This document shows positions 45,728 to 56,371 of a stretch of 64,000 nucleotides of DNA, one piece after another. The notes beneath the pieces are model-generated. The model was not told the origin of the DNA. It did not search any database and saw nothing but the letters and a program-made list of their open reading frames with translations. The DNA is from Clostridiales bacterium Firm_13 (GTDB lineage Bacteria; Bacillota; Clostridia; Saccharofermentanales; Saccharofermentanaceae): positions 260,506 through 324,505 of the forward strand of contig LVAS01000063.1 in NCBI GenBank assembly GCA_001603035.1, in the 5' to 3' direction. The position numbers and the translations under genes are program-made. Positions within the stretch are counted from its first letter, which is position 1. The number at the start of each line of letters is the position of its first letter.

Positions 45728-46744
45728 ATGACGAGTTATGGCAATCAGGATAACGCTCGTTCGCAAGACAGTTTTCCGATCTTAGATCAATATGTGAATT
45801 ATATGCAGGCGGTTCGCGAACGTTCTCCGCTTACGATGAAAGAATATCGCTATGATCTTGTCAATTTTTTCCGTTTTCTCAAAAAAGATCGCGGAGGTTT
45901 CGCTCGGGATATTCCGCTAAATGAGATTTCTATTTCGGACATTGATGCGGATTTTCTCTCTTCTGTGACAACCGATGATCTTTTTGTATACTTGATCTAC
46001 TTATCTCGCGAAAGACATGCATCGCCCGCTACACGAGCGCGGAAGGCCGCTACGCTTAAGTCATTTTTCAAGTACCTTTGCACAAAGAGAAAGCTCATCC
46101 GAGAAGATCCGGCCTATGAACTGGATTCGCCGAAAATTGCGCAACGGCTTCCTCATTATCTGTCGCTTGAGGAGAGTATGGGACTCCTCGATACCGCCGC
46201 GCAATCCGAGACACACTTTCGCGAACGAAATTATTGTATTCTGACATTTTTCCTGAATTGTGGCATGCGTCTTTCCGAGTTGAGCGGAATCAATCTCACG
46301 AATATTCACGAGAACACGTTAACGGTAATCGGAAAAGGAAATAAAGAACGTACGATCTACCTAAATGCGGCCTGTATGTCCGCCCTAGAACAATATTTGG
46401 CCGTACGTCCAAGCGCCGGGCTGAAAGATCCGCAAGCGCTTTTTGTAAGCCGGCTGGGACGAAGAATCAGTAATCCGATGATTCAGTACACGATTAAACA
46501 TCTGTTTCTGGAAGCGGGAATCGATACAAACGTCTATAGTGTCCATAAATTGCGCCATACGGCAGCAACGCTTATGTACAAGTACGGACAGGTCGATATA
46601 CGCAGTCTGCAAACAATCTTGGGACACGCGAGTGTCGCAACGACGCAAATATACACCCACGTCGACGATGATTCCCTTCGCGCGGCGGTCGAGAAGAATC
46701 CGCTTTCTGGATTTACTCCGGGTACACGCGGCCGAGAATCGTAG
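45728..46744 (+). CDS. Tyrosine site-specific recombinase (XerC/XerD family)
   Basis: SAM-like N-domain (LDQYVNYMQAVRERSPLTMKEYRYDL). The catalytic domain has R...HKLRHTAAT...LGHASVATTQIYTHV. Start set to the ATG at 45728 behind GGAGG. The track ORF start at 45215 is antisense to asd. Confidence 0.8.
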   Translation: MTSYGNQDNARSQDSFPILDQYVNYMQAVRERSPLTMKEYRYDLVNFFRFLKKDRGGFARDIPLNEISISDIDADFLSSVTTDDLFVYLIYLSRERHASPATRARKAATLKSFFKYLCTKRKLIREDPAYELDSPKIAQRLPHYLSLEESMGLLDTAAQSETHFRERNYCILTFFLNCGMRLSELSGINLTNIHENTLTVIGKGNKERTIYLNAACMSALEQYLAVRPSAGLKDPQALFVSRLGRRISNPMIQYTIKHLFLEAGIDTNVYSVHKLRHTAATLMYKYGQVDIRSLQTILGHASVATTQIYTHVDDDSLRAAVEKNPLSGFTPGTRGRES

Positions 46745-47732
46745 ACATTGCTCGAATCTCATTCGTGAGATTCTTATAGTCATCGGGGGTAAGCTGCTGC
46801 GCGGCATCCGACAACGCACACTTGGGATTCGGATGTACTTCAATAATGAGCCCATCGGCACCCGCCGCGATAGCTGCGCGCGAAAGAGACGGAACATACC
46901 GCGCCTTACCGGCTGCGTGGCTGGGATCGACGATAACCGGGAGATGTGTCTTGTCTTTGAGTACGGGGACCGCACTGACATCAAGAGTACTTCTTGTCGC
47001 TGTCTCAAAGGTTCTTATCCCTCGTTCACACAGCGCAATCTTATAATTCCCTTCACTCATGATATACTCGGCCGAACCAAGCCATTCGTCGATCGTCTCC
47101 GCGATTCCTCTCTTAAGAAGAACGGGGATACCGGATTTGCCGACTGCGGAAAGAAGGCGAAAATTCTGTGCATTCCGCGCACCGATCTGAATCATATCGA
47201 CGTATTCGGAAGCGAATGCTATATCATTTTCAGACGTGATTTCGCTGATTACAAGAAGTCCGTTCCGATCTGCGACACGCCGGAGAATTTTGAGGCCTTC
47301 TCTTTCTAGGCCCTGAAAGGCATAGGGCGATGTTCTTGGTTTGTATGCACCGCCGCGAAGGATCTTTGCACCGCATGCTCTTACAGCTTGGGCGACCGTC
47401 TCTACTTGTTCTTCGCTTTCGACAGAACACGGCCCCGCCATCATCGTAAGTTCCCTGCCGCCGATCGTCACGTCCTTGATCGCAAAAGACATTCCTTCGG
47501 GACGGAAGGCCTTGCTTGCGAGTTTATAGGATTCCATAATCGGAACAAGCTTTTCAACGGCAGGCAAGACCTCCAAAGAATCGGTCGAAAGCCGCGACTT
47601 ATCTCCGATCACTCCGATGATCGTCCGCTCAGCGCCTTCGGATATATGGGCAGTGAGGCCGTGCTGCTCGAGTTGATCCAGGATCTCGCGAACCTGTTCC
47701 TTCGTGGCTCCTGGTTTAACGACAATAATCAT
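46713..47732 (-). CDS. aroF: 3-deoxy-7-phosphoheptulonate (DAHP) synthase, type I-beta, with an N-terminal ferredoxin-like regulatory domain
   Basis: The N-terminal MIIVVKPGATKEQV...HISEGAERTIIGVIGD domain is followed by GPCSVES, KPRTSPYAFQG and DPSH motifs. Confidence 0.85.
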   Translation of the reverse strand: MIIVVKPGATKEQVREILDQLEQHGLTAHISEGAERTIIGVIGDKSRLSTDSLEVLPAVEKLVPIMESYKLASKAFRPEGMSFAIKDVTIGGRELTMMAGPCSVESEEQVETVAQAVRACGAKILRGGAYKPRTSPYAFQGLEREGLKILRRVADRNGLLVISEITSENDIAFASEYVDMIQIGARNAQNFRLLSAVGKSGIPVLLKRGIAETIDEWLGSAEYIMSEGNYKIALCERGIRTFETATRSTLDVSAVPVLKDKTHLPVIVDPSHAAGKARYVPSLSRAAIAAGADGLIIEVHPNPKCALSDAAQQLTPDDYKNLTNEIRAMSTILGRVYPE

Positions 47733-47805
47733 TCGTGTCCCTTCCTTCTGCTCACGACCGAAATGAGCGCTACAATTTTACGGTCTACATGCGATATATT
47801 TGATC

Positions 47806-49266
47806 TCACAAATTCTCAAGAAAGACTCGATACGCTAGATACGTAAAATAGAGATCAATCTTACTGATGACCTCATAGGGAGCGTGCATCGAGAGTACGG
47901 GAACGCCACAGTCGATTACTTCCATCCCCATTTGGGCCATGTAAACAGCAATGGTTCCGCCGCCGCCGGCATCGATCTTACCGAGCTCTCCGGTCTGCCA
48001 AGGAATATCATTCTTTTCAAAAGCGCGAAGAATCTCGGCAAAGAACTCCGAATTGGTATCGTTCGTGCCGTACTTTCCGCGCGATCCGACATATTTCTCC
48101 ATGGCAATTCCGCGCGACATATAGGCGGAGTTCTTCGGATCAGAAACAGACGAGAAAGTCGGGTCATACCCATTCGTCACATCTGCGGACAGCATTTTGC
48201 TTGCAGTGATCGATTTGCGGTAATTCAGTTCATCATAGCCACCGCTCATTTTGACAAAGAGCTCGACCAGGAAATTCTCGTAGAGACGAGACTGCGCGCC
48301 GGTATTTCCGTTACTCCCGATCTCTTCTTTATCGGAGAGCATAACGACCGACGTCTTCTCCGGCCTCTCCTGCTGAAAAAGTGCCATTAACGCAGGGAAG
48401 GAACAGACTTTGTCGTCATGTCCGTAGGCCGCGACAAAAGATCGATCAAATCCGACATCTCTTGCCTTAAGCGCAGGTACGATCTCGATTTCCGCGCTGA
48501 CAAAATCTTTCTCAACGACACCATATTCGCGATGAAGGTAGTCCAGAATTCCGAGCTTGAAGCGATTCGAAGCGTCCTTATCGGCGATCGGCCGACCGCC
48601 GATCAAGAGATTCAGATCCTCACCCGAGATGACCTCGGATGCCTTCTTACTCATCTGCTCGGCGCCGAGATGCGGAAGAAGATCGGTGATATAGAAGATC
48701 GGATCGTCCTCCTTCTCTCCTACCGTAATCTGTATTTTGGATCCGTCACGGCGAACAAAAAGTCCGTGTATGGAAAGCGGAAGAGTCGGCCACTGGTACT
48801 TCTTGATTCCTCCGTAATAATGCGTCTTAAGAAAGGCCATCTCACTTTCTTCATAGAGAGGATTCGGCTTCAGATCGAGGCGAGGAGAGTCAATATGCGC
48901 GCCCAGAATATTAAAACCTTCGACGGCAGGCCTTCTCCCGATTACGGCAAGCATAAGCCCCTTGTCTTTGACGGACTGATAGACTTTCATTCCGGGTGTC
49001 AAGACGGAAACCGTATTTACGTCGACAAAACCTAATTGTTCGGCGGATTCAATCGTTAATGAGACGAATTCTCGTTCGGTCTTTCCGCCGTCGAGGAAGC
49101 GCTTATACTCTTCACTCATCGCATACGCGTGATCAAAATCATCGCCGGAACGGCTGACCCAAAGATTGGGGTATTCTGCAAGCAGGTCCTTATATTTGTC
49201 TTTGCTCTTCTTATGCGCAATTTTCTCAGGCAGTTCGGAAGAACTGAGTTTCTTATCTTTCGGCAT
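47806..49266 (-). CDS. M18-family aminopeptidase
   Basis: GAHIDSPRLDLKPNP, the GHDDKVC and DKEEIGS metal-ligand blocks, and MHAPYE near the C-terminus. Confidence 0.8.
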   Translation of the reverse strand: MPKDKKLSSSELPEKIAHKKSKDKYKDLLAEYPNLWVSRSGDDFDHAYAMSEEYKRFLDGGKTEREFVSLTIESAEQLGFVDVNTVSVLTPGMKVYQSVKDKGLMLAVIGRRPAVEGFNILGAHIDSPRLDLKPNPLYEESEMAFLKTHYYGGIKKYQWPTLPLSIHGLFVRRDGSKIQITVGEKEDDPIFYITDLLPHLGAEQMSKKASEVISGEDLNLLIGGRPIADKDASNRFKLGILDYLHREYGVVEKDFVSAEIEIVPALKARDVGFDRSFVAAYGHDDKVCSFPALMALFQQERPEKTSVVMLSDKEEIGSNGNTGAQSRLYENFLVELFVKMSGGYDELNYRKSITASKMLSADVTNGYDPTFSSVSDPKNSAYMSRGIAMEKYVGSRGKYGTNDTNSEFFAEILRAFEKNDIPWQTGELGKIDAGGGGTIAVYMAQMGMEVIDCGVPVLSMHAPYEVISKIDLYFTYLAYRVFLENL

Positions 49267-49391
49267 GTTTATGTCCTCCTTGTCGTATGTCCGGCGGGTA
49301 TTCCCTGTACGGATAAACTGATATCATGATATCATATTTGCAGATTGCCTTGTAGATCAGGCAAGAACTTCATCATCGGAAAGGCAAGAGC

Positions 49392-50210
49392 ATGTGGATT
49401 GACAGCCATAATCACACTTCACACTTTAGCGGCGATGCCAGAATGACAGCCGAAGAATTGATAGGTGCCGCCGTTAACGCGAAACTTGGCGGCGTCGTTA
49501 TAACCGAACACTATGAAGCTGATTTTCCGGACGAGACAGAACGAATTATGGTTTTTAGTATCGATTCTTTTTTCCCGGCATTTTCAAGCTGGAAGAGGAT
49601 GGCGCCGGGTGATTTCTTATTGCTTGCGGGGATTGAGCTTGGTTATCAACCGCATCTTGCCGCTGCCTTTGACGCTATGATCCCCAAATACCCGTTTGAT
49701 TCCGTCATTTTGTCGAACCATCTGTTCGGAGGTCACGACCCGTATTTTAATCGTGCCTGTTATGAGAAGTCAAAATCCGAACTTTATTCCGCCTATATTC
49801 ATGAATTGGCAGATATGGTTGACGCTTGCGACGAATTCGATATTGTCGGTCATTATGACTACATCGCAAGATACGCGCAATATCCGGATATGAAGATGCG
49901 TTATGAAGACGCGCCGGTTGCTTTCGATCGGTTTTTACTCTCTCTTATAACCAAGGGCAAGTCACTTGAGATCAATACGAGCTCCGTCGAAAAACTGCGT
50001 GTTCGCGGAATCGAAGATCCGTTGCCGGACAGAAGGATTCTGACCCGATATCGTGAACTTGGCGGCGCGAGAGTCACTTTAGGATCCGATTCTCATGATG
50101 TCTCGACGCTCGGTATCCACTTTGACAAAACTGCCGAATACATCAAATCCTTGGGATTCGAATATCTGACTTATTTTGTCGATCGAAAGGCAAGACAAAT
50201 CCCTTTATGA
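49392..50210 (+). CDS. PHP-domain phosphatase (HisJ-type histidinol-phosphatase family)
   Basis: The pattern WIDSHNHTSHFSGDA...TEH...GHYDY...GSDSH is typical of PHP/HisJ family metal ligands. Confidence 0.7.
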   Translation: MWIDSHNHTSHFSGDARMTAEELIGAAVNAKLGGVVITEHYEADFPDETERIMVFSIDSFFPAFSSWKRMAPGDFLLLAGIELGYQPHLAAAFDAMIPKYPFDSVILSNHLFGGHDPYFNRACYEKSKSELYSAYIHELADMVDACDEFDIVGHYDYIARYAQYPDMKMRYEDAPVAFDRFLLSLITKGKSLEINTSSVEKLRVRGIEDPLPDRRILTRYRELGGARVTLGSDSHDVSTLGIHFDKTAEYIKSLGFEYLTYFVDRKARQIPL

Positions 50211-50798
50211 AGTGGCGTCGGTTTCGCTTTCGGAAGAAGTTGTTAATGAGGAATCCTGCGATGTGCTGACATACCAGGAGTTTCCCATTTTGAATGTAAT
50301 GATCGGAATATCTTGATACTTCTTATCTCCGCTGATCTGACAGAAGATCCGTACTTGAACGGTCCGAATCGCGTCAATCCCGTCTGACGGGATACCAAAC
50401 GCGAGGGAGATGTCCGCGACGTCTCTCTTATAGTCATCGCTGTCTTCCGAAATATCTTCCGTTCCCTGTGAAGTCGTTCCAAGGAACTTCATATCGGCCG
50501 ATGTCAAAGAAGCGAGCGACTCCTCCGCCCAAGTAGCATACTGCTTGCGGTCAGAATCGCTAAGATTCGCGACATAATCTTCCGGGAAGCAGCCGAGAAG
50601 TGTGTCACTATTCCCGGTATAGAGTGCTTCAACAAACACCCTTGCCGCATTCTCCGGTGCTGTATGCGTTGCTGAAGTATCCGGCGATGCGGCAGGCTCA
50701 GATGAACCCGTACACCCAGTGAGGCACAGGGAAAGAAGCAGAAGTGCAATCGGCAGGATATGCCGATTGGAGAAGACAGTTCGAAATAGATGAAGCAT
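50205..50798 (-). CDS. Hypothetical lipoprotein
   Basis: Signal peptide with lipobox LTGC and a Ser/Thr-rich C-terminus. No family recognised. Its stop codon abuts the stop of the convergent PHP gene. Confidence 0.55.
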   Translation of the reverse strand: MLHLFRTVFSNRHILPIALLLLSLCLTGCTGSSEPAASPDTSATHTAPENAARVFVEALYTGNSDTLLGCFPEDYVANLSDSDRKQYATWAEESLASLTSADMKFLGTTSQGTEDISEDSDDYKRDVADISLAFGIPSDGIDAIRTVQVRIFCQISGDKKYQDIPIITFKMGNSWYVSTSQDSSLTTSSESETDATS

Positions 50799-50832
50799 GA
50801 AACGCTCTCCTTGAAAATGAATTTAAGGCTAA

Positions 50833-51264
50833 TTATACACTATGCTCATCCTCATCCAAGACATCAAAATACTTCTTTTTGTCTTCCGGGATTCCTCCGC
50901 GCTCTTCGTAGTATTCTTTGAGCGCAGCCTTCACCGCTTGTTCCGCCAAAAGCGAGCAATGCATCTTGATCGGCGGGAGTCCGTCCAAAGCTTCGGCTAC
51001 TGCCTTATTCGTAAGGCTAAGAGCCTCGTCCAATGACTTCCCTTTGATCATCTCCGTCGCCATACTCGACGTAGCAATTGCGCTTCCGCAGCCGAACGTC
51101 TTAAACTTCGCGTCGACGATCATGTCGTTTTCGATCTGCAGATACACCTTCATAATATCTCCGCATTTCGGATTTCCGACCGTACCTGTCGCAGATGCAT
51201 CCGTAATTTCTCCGACATTTCTCGGGTGCATAAAATGATCCATCACTTTTTCGCTATACTGCAT
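50833..51264 (-). CDS. nifU: Fe-S cluster assembly scaffold (NifU/IscU N-terminal type)
   Basis: MQYSEKVMDHFMHPRNVGE...GNPKCGDIM...FGCGSAIA...HCS gives the three conserved Cys. Start trimmed to the ATG at 51264 behind AGAGGAGA. Confidence 0.85.
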   Translation of the reverse strand: MQYSEKVMDHFMHPRNVGEITDASATGTVGNPKCGDIMKVYLQIENDMIVDAKFKTFGCGSAIATSSMATEMIKGKSLDEALSLTNKAVAEALDGLPPIKMHCSLLAEQAVKAALKEYYEERGGIPEDKKKYFDVLDEDEHSV

Positions 51265-51290
51265 ATAAATCTCCTCTGGCCCCAGGCCGA

Positions 51291-52589
51291 TTAAAATGAT
51301 CCGTTCTTTCCGCACCGGTCGCAGGAAAGATACGGCGTTGATTTGCCTTTAATGAAATCGTCGTAAAGTGGCGACATGTCCCTTAGTCTCGCTACAATCT
51401 GTTCGAGCGCGGGAATGATGGACAGAACCTCTTCTTCGGTATTGTCCCGACCGATACTGACGCGAAGAGATCCGTGCGCAATTTCGTGCGGGAGTCCGAT
51501 CGCCAGGAGAACATGAGAAGGATCGAGAGAGCCGGACGTACAAGCAGAACCGCTCGAACACGAAAAGCCCATATGATCGAGGAGAAGAAGCAGTGACTCA
51601 CCCTCAATAAATTCAAAAGAGAAATTGGCGTTTCCCGGAAGGCGAAGTTCGGAATGGCCGTTCAGGCGGGCATAAGGAATGCGATCCAGAACCCCTTCGA
51701 TCAGTCGATCGCGAATCGCAAGAATCCTCGACTCCTGTGCCTCCATCTCTTCTACGGCCAATGCAAGTGCGCGCGCAAAACCGACAATATAGGGTAAATT
51801 CTCAGTGCCTGCTCTCTTGCCGCGCTCCTGAGCGCCGCCGTCCATGAAATTCGCGATCGCGACCCCTTTGCGGATATAGAGAACGCCGACGCCTTTGGGT
51901 GCATAGATCTTATGGCCGGACAGCGATAACATGTCGACCTGAAGTGCCTTCACATCCAGAGGTAAAACACCTCCCGCCTGTACGGCGTCCGTATGAAAAA
52001 GGACGCCCTTGGCACGGCACACTTCTGCAATCTCACGAATCGGTTCCACGGTCCCGATCTCATTGTTGGCGGTCATGATCGTGACAAGAATTGTGTCGGG
52101 GCGAATCGCGGAAGATACTTGTTCCGGCGTTACCAGTCCATACTCGTCAACCGGCAGATACGTAATCTCGTATCCTTGCTTGGCAAGTGACTCGCATGTG
52201 TGCAATATGGCATGATGCTCGATCGCCGAAGTGATAATATGACGGCCCTTCTTTGCGTAACGCAAAGCCGTGCCCTTCAGAGCCCAGTTATCTGACTCCG
52301 ATCCGCAAGACGTAAAGTAGATTTCGGAAGGATCGGCATTTAAACAGCGCGCAATCGTCTCACGCGATTCTTCTAATTGTTTCTTCGCCGCTTGTCCTTC
52401 GCGATAGATGGAGGATGCGTTTCCATAGTTGTTCTGAAAAACAGGAAGCATCGCCTGCAAAACTTCATCTCTGACCCGGGTTGTCGCCGCATTATCAAGA
52501 TACACTCGTTTTGTGTCACTCATTCCGGTATGCCTGACGCGAATAAATCGCCCTTTCTTCTGTTTGAACCTTTTATTCTTTGCAGTCAT
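51291..52589 (-). CDS. nifS: Cysteine desulfurase NifS
   Basis: [29 protein letters not shown] (PLP Lys) and SSGSACTS (catalytic Cys). The start is ambiguous: 52589, or 52523 ([15 protein letters not shown]). Neither has a strong RBS. Confidence 0.8.
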   Translation of the reverse strand: MTAKNKRFKQKKGRFIRVRHTGMSDTKRVYLDNAATTRVRDEVLQAMLPVFQNNYGNASSIYREGQAAKKQLEESRETIARCLNADPSEIYFTSCGSESDNWALKGTALRYAKKGRHIITSAIEHHAILHTCESLAKQGYEITYLPVDEYGLVTPEQVSSAIRPDTILVTIMTANNEIGTVEPIREIAEVCRAKGVLFHTDAVQAGGVLPLDVKALQVDMLSLSGHKIYAPKGVGVLYIRKGVAIANFMDGGAQERGKRAGTENLPYIVGFARALALAVEEMEAQESRILAIRDRLIEGVLDRIPYARLNGHSELRLPGNANFSFEFIEGESLLLLLDHMGFSCSSGSACTSGSLDPSHVLLAIGLPHEIAHGSLRVSIGRDNTEEEVLSIIPALEQIVARLRDMSPLYDDFIKGKSTPYLSCDRCGKNGSF

Positions 52590-52599
52590 TACTCTATTC

Positions 52600-52637
52600 T
52601 TTCAAAAGAAAAAGAGGCGTAACAGATGTTACACCTC
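52600..52637 (-). terminator. Terminator after rarA
   Basis: Minus strand reads GAGGTGTAACA-TC-TGTTACGCCTC followed by TTTTTCTTTT. Confidence 0.6.
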
Positions 52638-52662
52638 GCGGTTTCCGAGTAAATAAGTAGGA

Positions 52663-53967
52663 TTATTTTGTTTTCGGGCGTCGTTTGAGCAGCCATTCAT
52701 GAATCTTCGCTTCGTAACCCAGGGTCGTCGGCTCATAATATACCGTTCCGACCATTTCGTCCGGCAGGTACTGTTGATCGACAATATGTCCTTCATAATC
52801 GTGAGCATATTTGTACCCGACGCCATAACCTAAATCAGACATCCCGTCGGCGGGTGCATTTCGAATATGCATCGGTATTTCGCCTGTTCTCTTCTCGGCG
52901 ACGTCATGAAGTGCCTTGTTGATGGCAAGATAGGAGGAATTTGACTTCGGACTTGTGGCGACGCAGATCGCCGCCTCGGACAGAAGAATTCTGGCTTCCG
53001 GCATACCGACAGCCATAATGCCCTGATACGCGGCCATTGCGACGGTAAGGGCGGACGGATTCGCCATTCCGCAGTCTTCCGATGCGCAGATCAGAATGCG
53101 TCGGGCCAAAAATTCGATGTCTTCCCCGCCATGGAGAGCCCTGGCTAAATAGAAAACCGCGGCATCGGGATCCGATCCGCGCATCGACTTGATAAATGCG
53201 CTGATCGTATCATAGTGACTCTCCCCATTCGCGTCAAATCCGATCGATCGTTTCTGCATGCAGTCTTGAATCGTCTCCGCATCAATCGCAACCAAACCGG
53301 TCGCATCCGGAGGAGTCGTTATCGCAGCCAATTCCAGTGCGCGAAGCGCAATTCTGGCATCTCCGTTGGAGAGATTGGCAATCAGTTCGAGCGCTTGGCG
53401 TTCGACACGGATCAAATCATTTCCGAGCCCGCGATCCTTGTCGGATAAGGCCATCTCAAGAATACGGAGAATATCTCCTTCGGTAAGCGGATGAAGTGAG
53501 AGAACGGTCGATCGCGAGATAAGTGCTTTATTTACTTCAAAAAAAGGATTCTCCGTCGTCGCGCCGATTAGAATCAGCGTTCCGTCTTCAACATGAGGAA
53601 GGAGCGCATCTTGTTGTAACTTGTTGAATCGGTGAATCTCGTCAACAAAAAGAACCGTTCTCCCTTGCGGGTTCAGAATCGGATTCTGCGTATCCGAAAT
53701 GATACGCTTGATCTCGGCGACGCCGGCCGTAACCGCATTGATCTTCGCAAAGCCGGAAGATGTCGTGTTTGCGATAAGTCGCGCTAAAGCCGTCTTCCCT
53801 GTACCTGGCGGCCCGAAAAGAATAATCGAGGATAGTCTGTCCGCCTCGATCATTCGGCGAAGCATCTTTCCTTTTCCGAGGATGTGCTCTTGACCGACAT
53901 ATTCGTCCAGCGAACGAGGCGCCATACGGTAAGCAAGCGGCTCTTTTTCATAAGGTCGTTCGGTCAC
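52663..53967 (-). CDS. rarA: Replication-associated recombination protein A (AAA+ ATPase)
   Basis: Walker A GPPGTGKTALA, Walker B LFVDEIHRFNK, a MgsA C-terminal domain, and the YKYAHDY motif. Confidence 0.85.
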   Translation of the reverse strand: MTERPYEKEPLAYRMAPRSLDEYVGQEHILGKGKMLRRMIEADRLSSIILFGPPGTGKTALARLIANTTSSGFAKINAVTAGVAEIKRIISDTQNPILNPQGRTVLFVDEIHRFNKLQQDALLPHVEDGTLILIGATTENPFFEVNKALISRSTVLSLHPLTEGDILRILEMALSDKDRGLGNDLIRVERQALELIANLSNGDARIALRALELAAITTPPDATGLVAIDAETIQDCMQKRSIGFDANGESHYDTISAFIKSMRGSDPDAAVFYLARALHGGEDIEFLARRILICASEDCGMANPSALTVAMAAYQGIMAVGMPEARILLSEAAICVATSPKSNSSYLAINKALHDVAEKRTGEIPMHIRNAPADGMSDLGYGVGYKYAHDYEGHIVDQQYLPDEMVGTVYYEPTTLGYEAKIHEWLLKRRPKTK

Positions 53968-53987
53968 GGTCGCGCCTCCTTACACTG

Positions 53988-55226
53988 TCAGATTTCCGGA
54001 TACAGCGGATAGCGTGACATCAGCGCGGCAACGCGTCCGAGTACTTCTTCCTTTTTGGCGTCGTACTGAAAAAGGGTGAGGGAAATCAGATCAGCAATTT
54101 CCTTCATATCATCGGCTTTCATCCCGCGAGCGGTAACGGCAGCTGTCCCGAGTCGAATCCCGCTGGTAACGAAAGGTTTCTCCGGATCAAACGGAATTGT
54201 GTTTTTATTTGAAGTGATATTGACGTCATCCAAACGCAACTGCATCTCTTTCCCCGTAACTCCGGTTCCGCGAAGATCCATAAGCATCAAATGATTGTCG
54301 GTGCCGCCCGAAACGAGCGCGATTCCGTTTGAAAGAAGACTTGACGCAAGCTCCGCTGCGTTCTTGACAATGTTCCCTTGATAGGCGCGGAATTCATCGG
54401 AAAGAGCCTCATGAAATGCGACCGCCTTCGCGGCGATAATGTGCATCAAAGGTCCTCCCTGCTGACCCGGAAACACGGCGGAATCAATCTTCTTCGCATA
54501 CTCCTCGCGACACATGATAATACCTCCGCGGGGGCCGCGAAGTGTCTTATGTGTCGTAGTCGTCACAAAGTCGGCATAGGGAACCGGATTCGGGTGAAGT
54601 CCCGCGGCAACAAGGCCCGCAATATGCGCCATATCGACAAACAGATAGGCACCGACGGCGTCGGCGATCTCGCGGAATGCTTTGAAGTCGATGAGGCGGG
54701 GATATGCGGAAGCGCCGGCGACGATTACTTTGGGTTTCACTTCTTTGGCAGTCTTCATTATCTGATCATAATCGAGTCGACAGGTGACCGGATCAACCTG
54801 ATAAAACTCGGAGTGATAGGTTCTTCCGGAAACATTGAGCTTCATTCCGTGCGTCAAATGTCCTCCGTGAGAAAGATCCATACCGAGTATCGTATCGCCG
54901 GGTTCTAATATGGAAAAATACACGGCGGTATTCGCCTGCGCTCCGGAGTGCGGCTGAACATTGACGTGATCCGCGCCGAATAGGCGTTTAGCGCGATCGA
55001 TTGCCAGCGTTTCGACAATATCAACGTATTCGCATCCGCCGTAATAGCGTTTGCCCGGATATCCCTCGGCATATTTATTTGTTAAAGGACTTCCCGCAGC
55101 TTCAAGTACCGCCTCGGAGACAAAATTCTCGGATGCGATCAATTCGATCTTGGATCTTTGCCGTGAGACCTCCTGCATAATCGCGGAGTAAACTTCGGGA
55201 TCCTGTGACTTAATATGCTCAAACAT
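53988..55226 (-). CDS. glyA: Serine hydroxymethyltransferase
   Basis: [23 protein letters not shown] and [14 protein letters not shown] (PLP Lys). Start trimmed to the ATG at 55226 behind GGAGGG. Confidence 0.9.
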   Translation of the reverse strand: MFEHIKSQDPEVYSAIMQEVSRQRSKIELIASENFVSEAVLEAAGSPLTNKYAEGYPGKRYYGGCEYVDIVETLAIDRAKRLFGADHVNVQPHSGAQANTAVYFSILEPGDTILGMDLSHGGHLTHGMKLNVSGRTYHSEFYQVDPVTCRLDYDQIMKTAKEVKPKVIVAGASAYPRLIDFKAFREIADAVGAYLFVDMAHIAGLVAAGLHPNPVPYADFVTTTTHKTLRGPRGGIIMCREEYAKKIDSAVFPGQQGGPLMHIIAAKAVAFHEALSDEFRAYQGNIVKNAAELASSLLSNGIALVSGGTDNHLMLMDLRGTGVTGKEMQLRLDDVNITSNKNTIPFDPEKPFVTSGIRLGTAAVTARGMKADDMKEIADLISLTLFQYDAKKEEVLGRVAALMSRYPLYPEI

Positions 55227-55334
55227 TGATATACCCTCCAAGTTATCTTAGCTTGGCCTTAACAGGCACTTAGCCATTGTAGCCTTTTTGGCAGATTCGG
55301 TAAAGGATATGAAGAATAAACGAAATGCATCGAA

Positions 55335-56360
55335 TCAGGATAATTTGTAAAGTTCGTCGGCTTCGGGAGGGGTCAGCTCTTCTTCCTCGCCGTTTTCTTT
55401 TCGAATTGTAAAACCGCTCTCGACAAATTGTCCGATGACCGTTCCGCGAATCTCCTTTTCACGAAGATGACATAAAATCGACTCCGGTTCAGGAGTTGCG
55501 ATCAGAAGAGAGCCGGATGCGATCAAGCGATACGGATCCAGGCCGAACGCGGATGCGATCTTTGCCGTGACCGGAAGGATTGGAATCGCAGATTTTTCGA
55601 TACGGATTCCAAGACCGGACAGAGTCGCCATCTCATGAGCGGCTCCGTAAACACCGCCTTCCGTAACATCGTGCATCGCGGATGCCGCGGAGAGCGTATA
55701 TCCGTTCGGATCTTTCCTTTTGTCCGACAAGGGAGTGCTTGCCGCAACAAGTCCTTCGGAGACAACACTGAGTTGTCCGATCAAGGCAAGCGCATCGGAG
55801 TATTCCTTATCAGATAAGATACGTCTCGCTCGCTGTTCATATTCATGCGCGGCGATAAACGTTCCTTCCAGTGCGGCTGTCTTTGTCATGATCAGAGAGT
55901 CACCGATGTGAGCACGTCCGGCGACAAGGGGCAGATTCGGCGACCAATTGCCAAACGCTGTCGTTGTGATGACAAAGCGATTGACCGAATCCGTTATCTC
56001 CGTATGTCCGCCGATAATATCAACGCCAAGCGAATCTGCCGCGGCGGCGGCTTGGTCGACGAGTGTAATAAGTTGTTCTCTTGTTGCGGTCGGCGGGGCA
56101 AGAAGAACAAGGAGAAGACTTGTCGGTTTAATTCCGGCCGCCGCAATATCATTACACGACACATGAACGGCAAGAGTTCCGGACAGCATTCCGCCGGCGG
56201 TGACCGGGTCGGTCGACGTTACAAGAAAGTGCTCCCCGATCTTGACAAAGGCGCAATCCGAACCGACTTCGGGGCCGCGAAATGTATCGCCCGACAAACG
56301 AGGAAGGCGGGATAGAACAATTTCTTCCAAATCGCGATTCGTTAGCTTACCGACGCGCAT
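55335..56360 (-). CDS. AIR-synthase-related (PurM/HypE/SelD/ThiL superfamily) protein
   Basis: The arrangement VGSDCAFV...LVTSTDPVT...NDIAAAG...IIGGHTE is that of the PurM-like ATP-binding N-domain, followed by a C-domain. The specific function is unknown. Confidence 0.6.
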   Translation of the reverse strand: MRVGKLTNRDLEEIVLSRLPRLSGDTFRGPEVGSDCAFVKIGEHFLVTSTDPVTAGGMLSGTLAVHVSCNDIAAAGIKPTSLLLVLLAPPTATREQLITLVDQAAAAADSLGVDIIGGHTEITDSVNRFVITTTAFGNWSPNLPLVAGRAHIGDSLIMTKTAALEGTFIAAHEYEQRARRILSDKEYSDALALIGQLSVVSEGLVAASTPLSDKRKDPNGYTLSAASAMHDVTEGGVYGAAHEMATLSGLGIRIEKSAIPILPVTAKIASAFGLDPYRLIASGSLLIATPEPESILCHLREKEIRGTVIGQFVESGFTIRKENGEEEELTPPEADELYKLS

Positions 56361-56371
56361 ATCTTAACTCC

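Noticed and set aside
46385-47309. A 207-aa minus-strand ORF and a 256-aa plus-strand ORF overlapping the recombinase and DAHP synthase genes.
   Set aside because: They are out of frame or antisense to two motif-supported genes, Arg/Ser/Cys-rich, and have no RBS.
55227-55334. Possible ZTP (pfl) or THF riboswitch upstream of glyA. I also looked upstream of the aminotransferase-purB operon (61470-61639).
   Set aside because: Neither leader contains the conserved cores (GGGUCGUG...CCGGGCGGA...CCGCCUGGGCA for ZTP). Only promoter-like hexamers and weak repeats are present.
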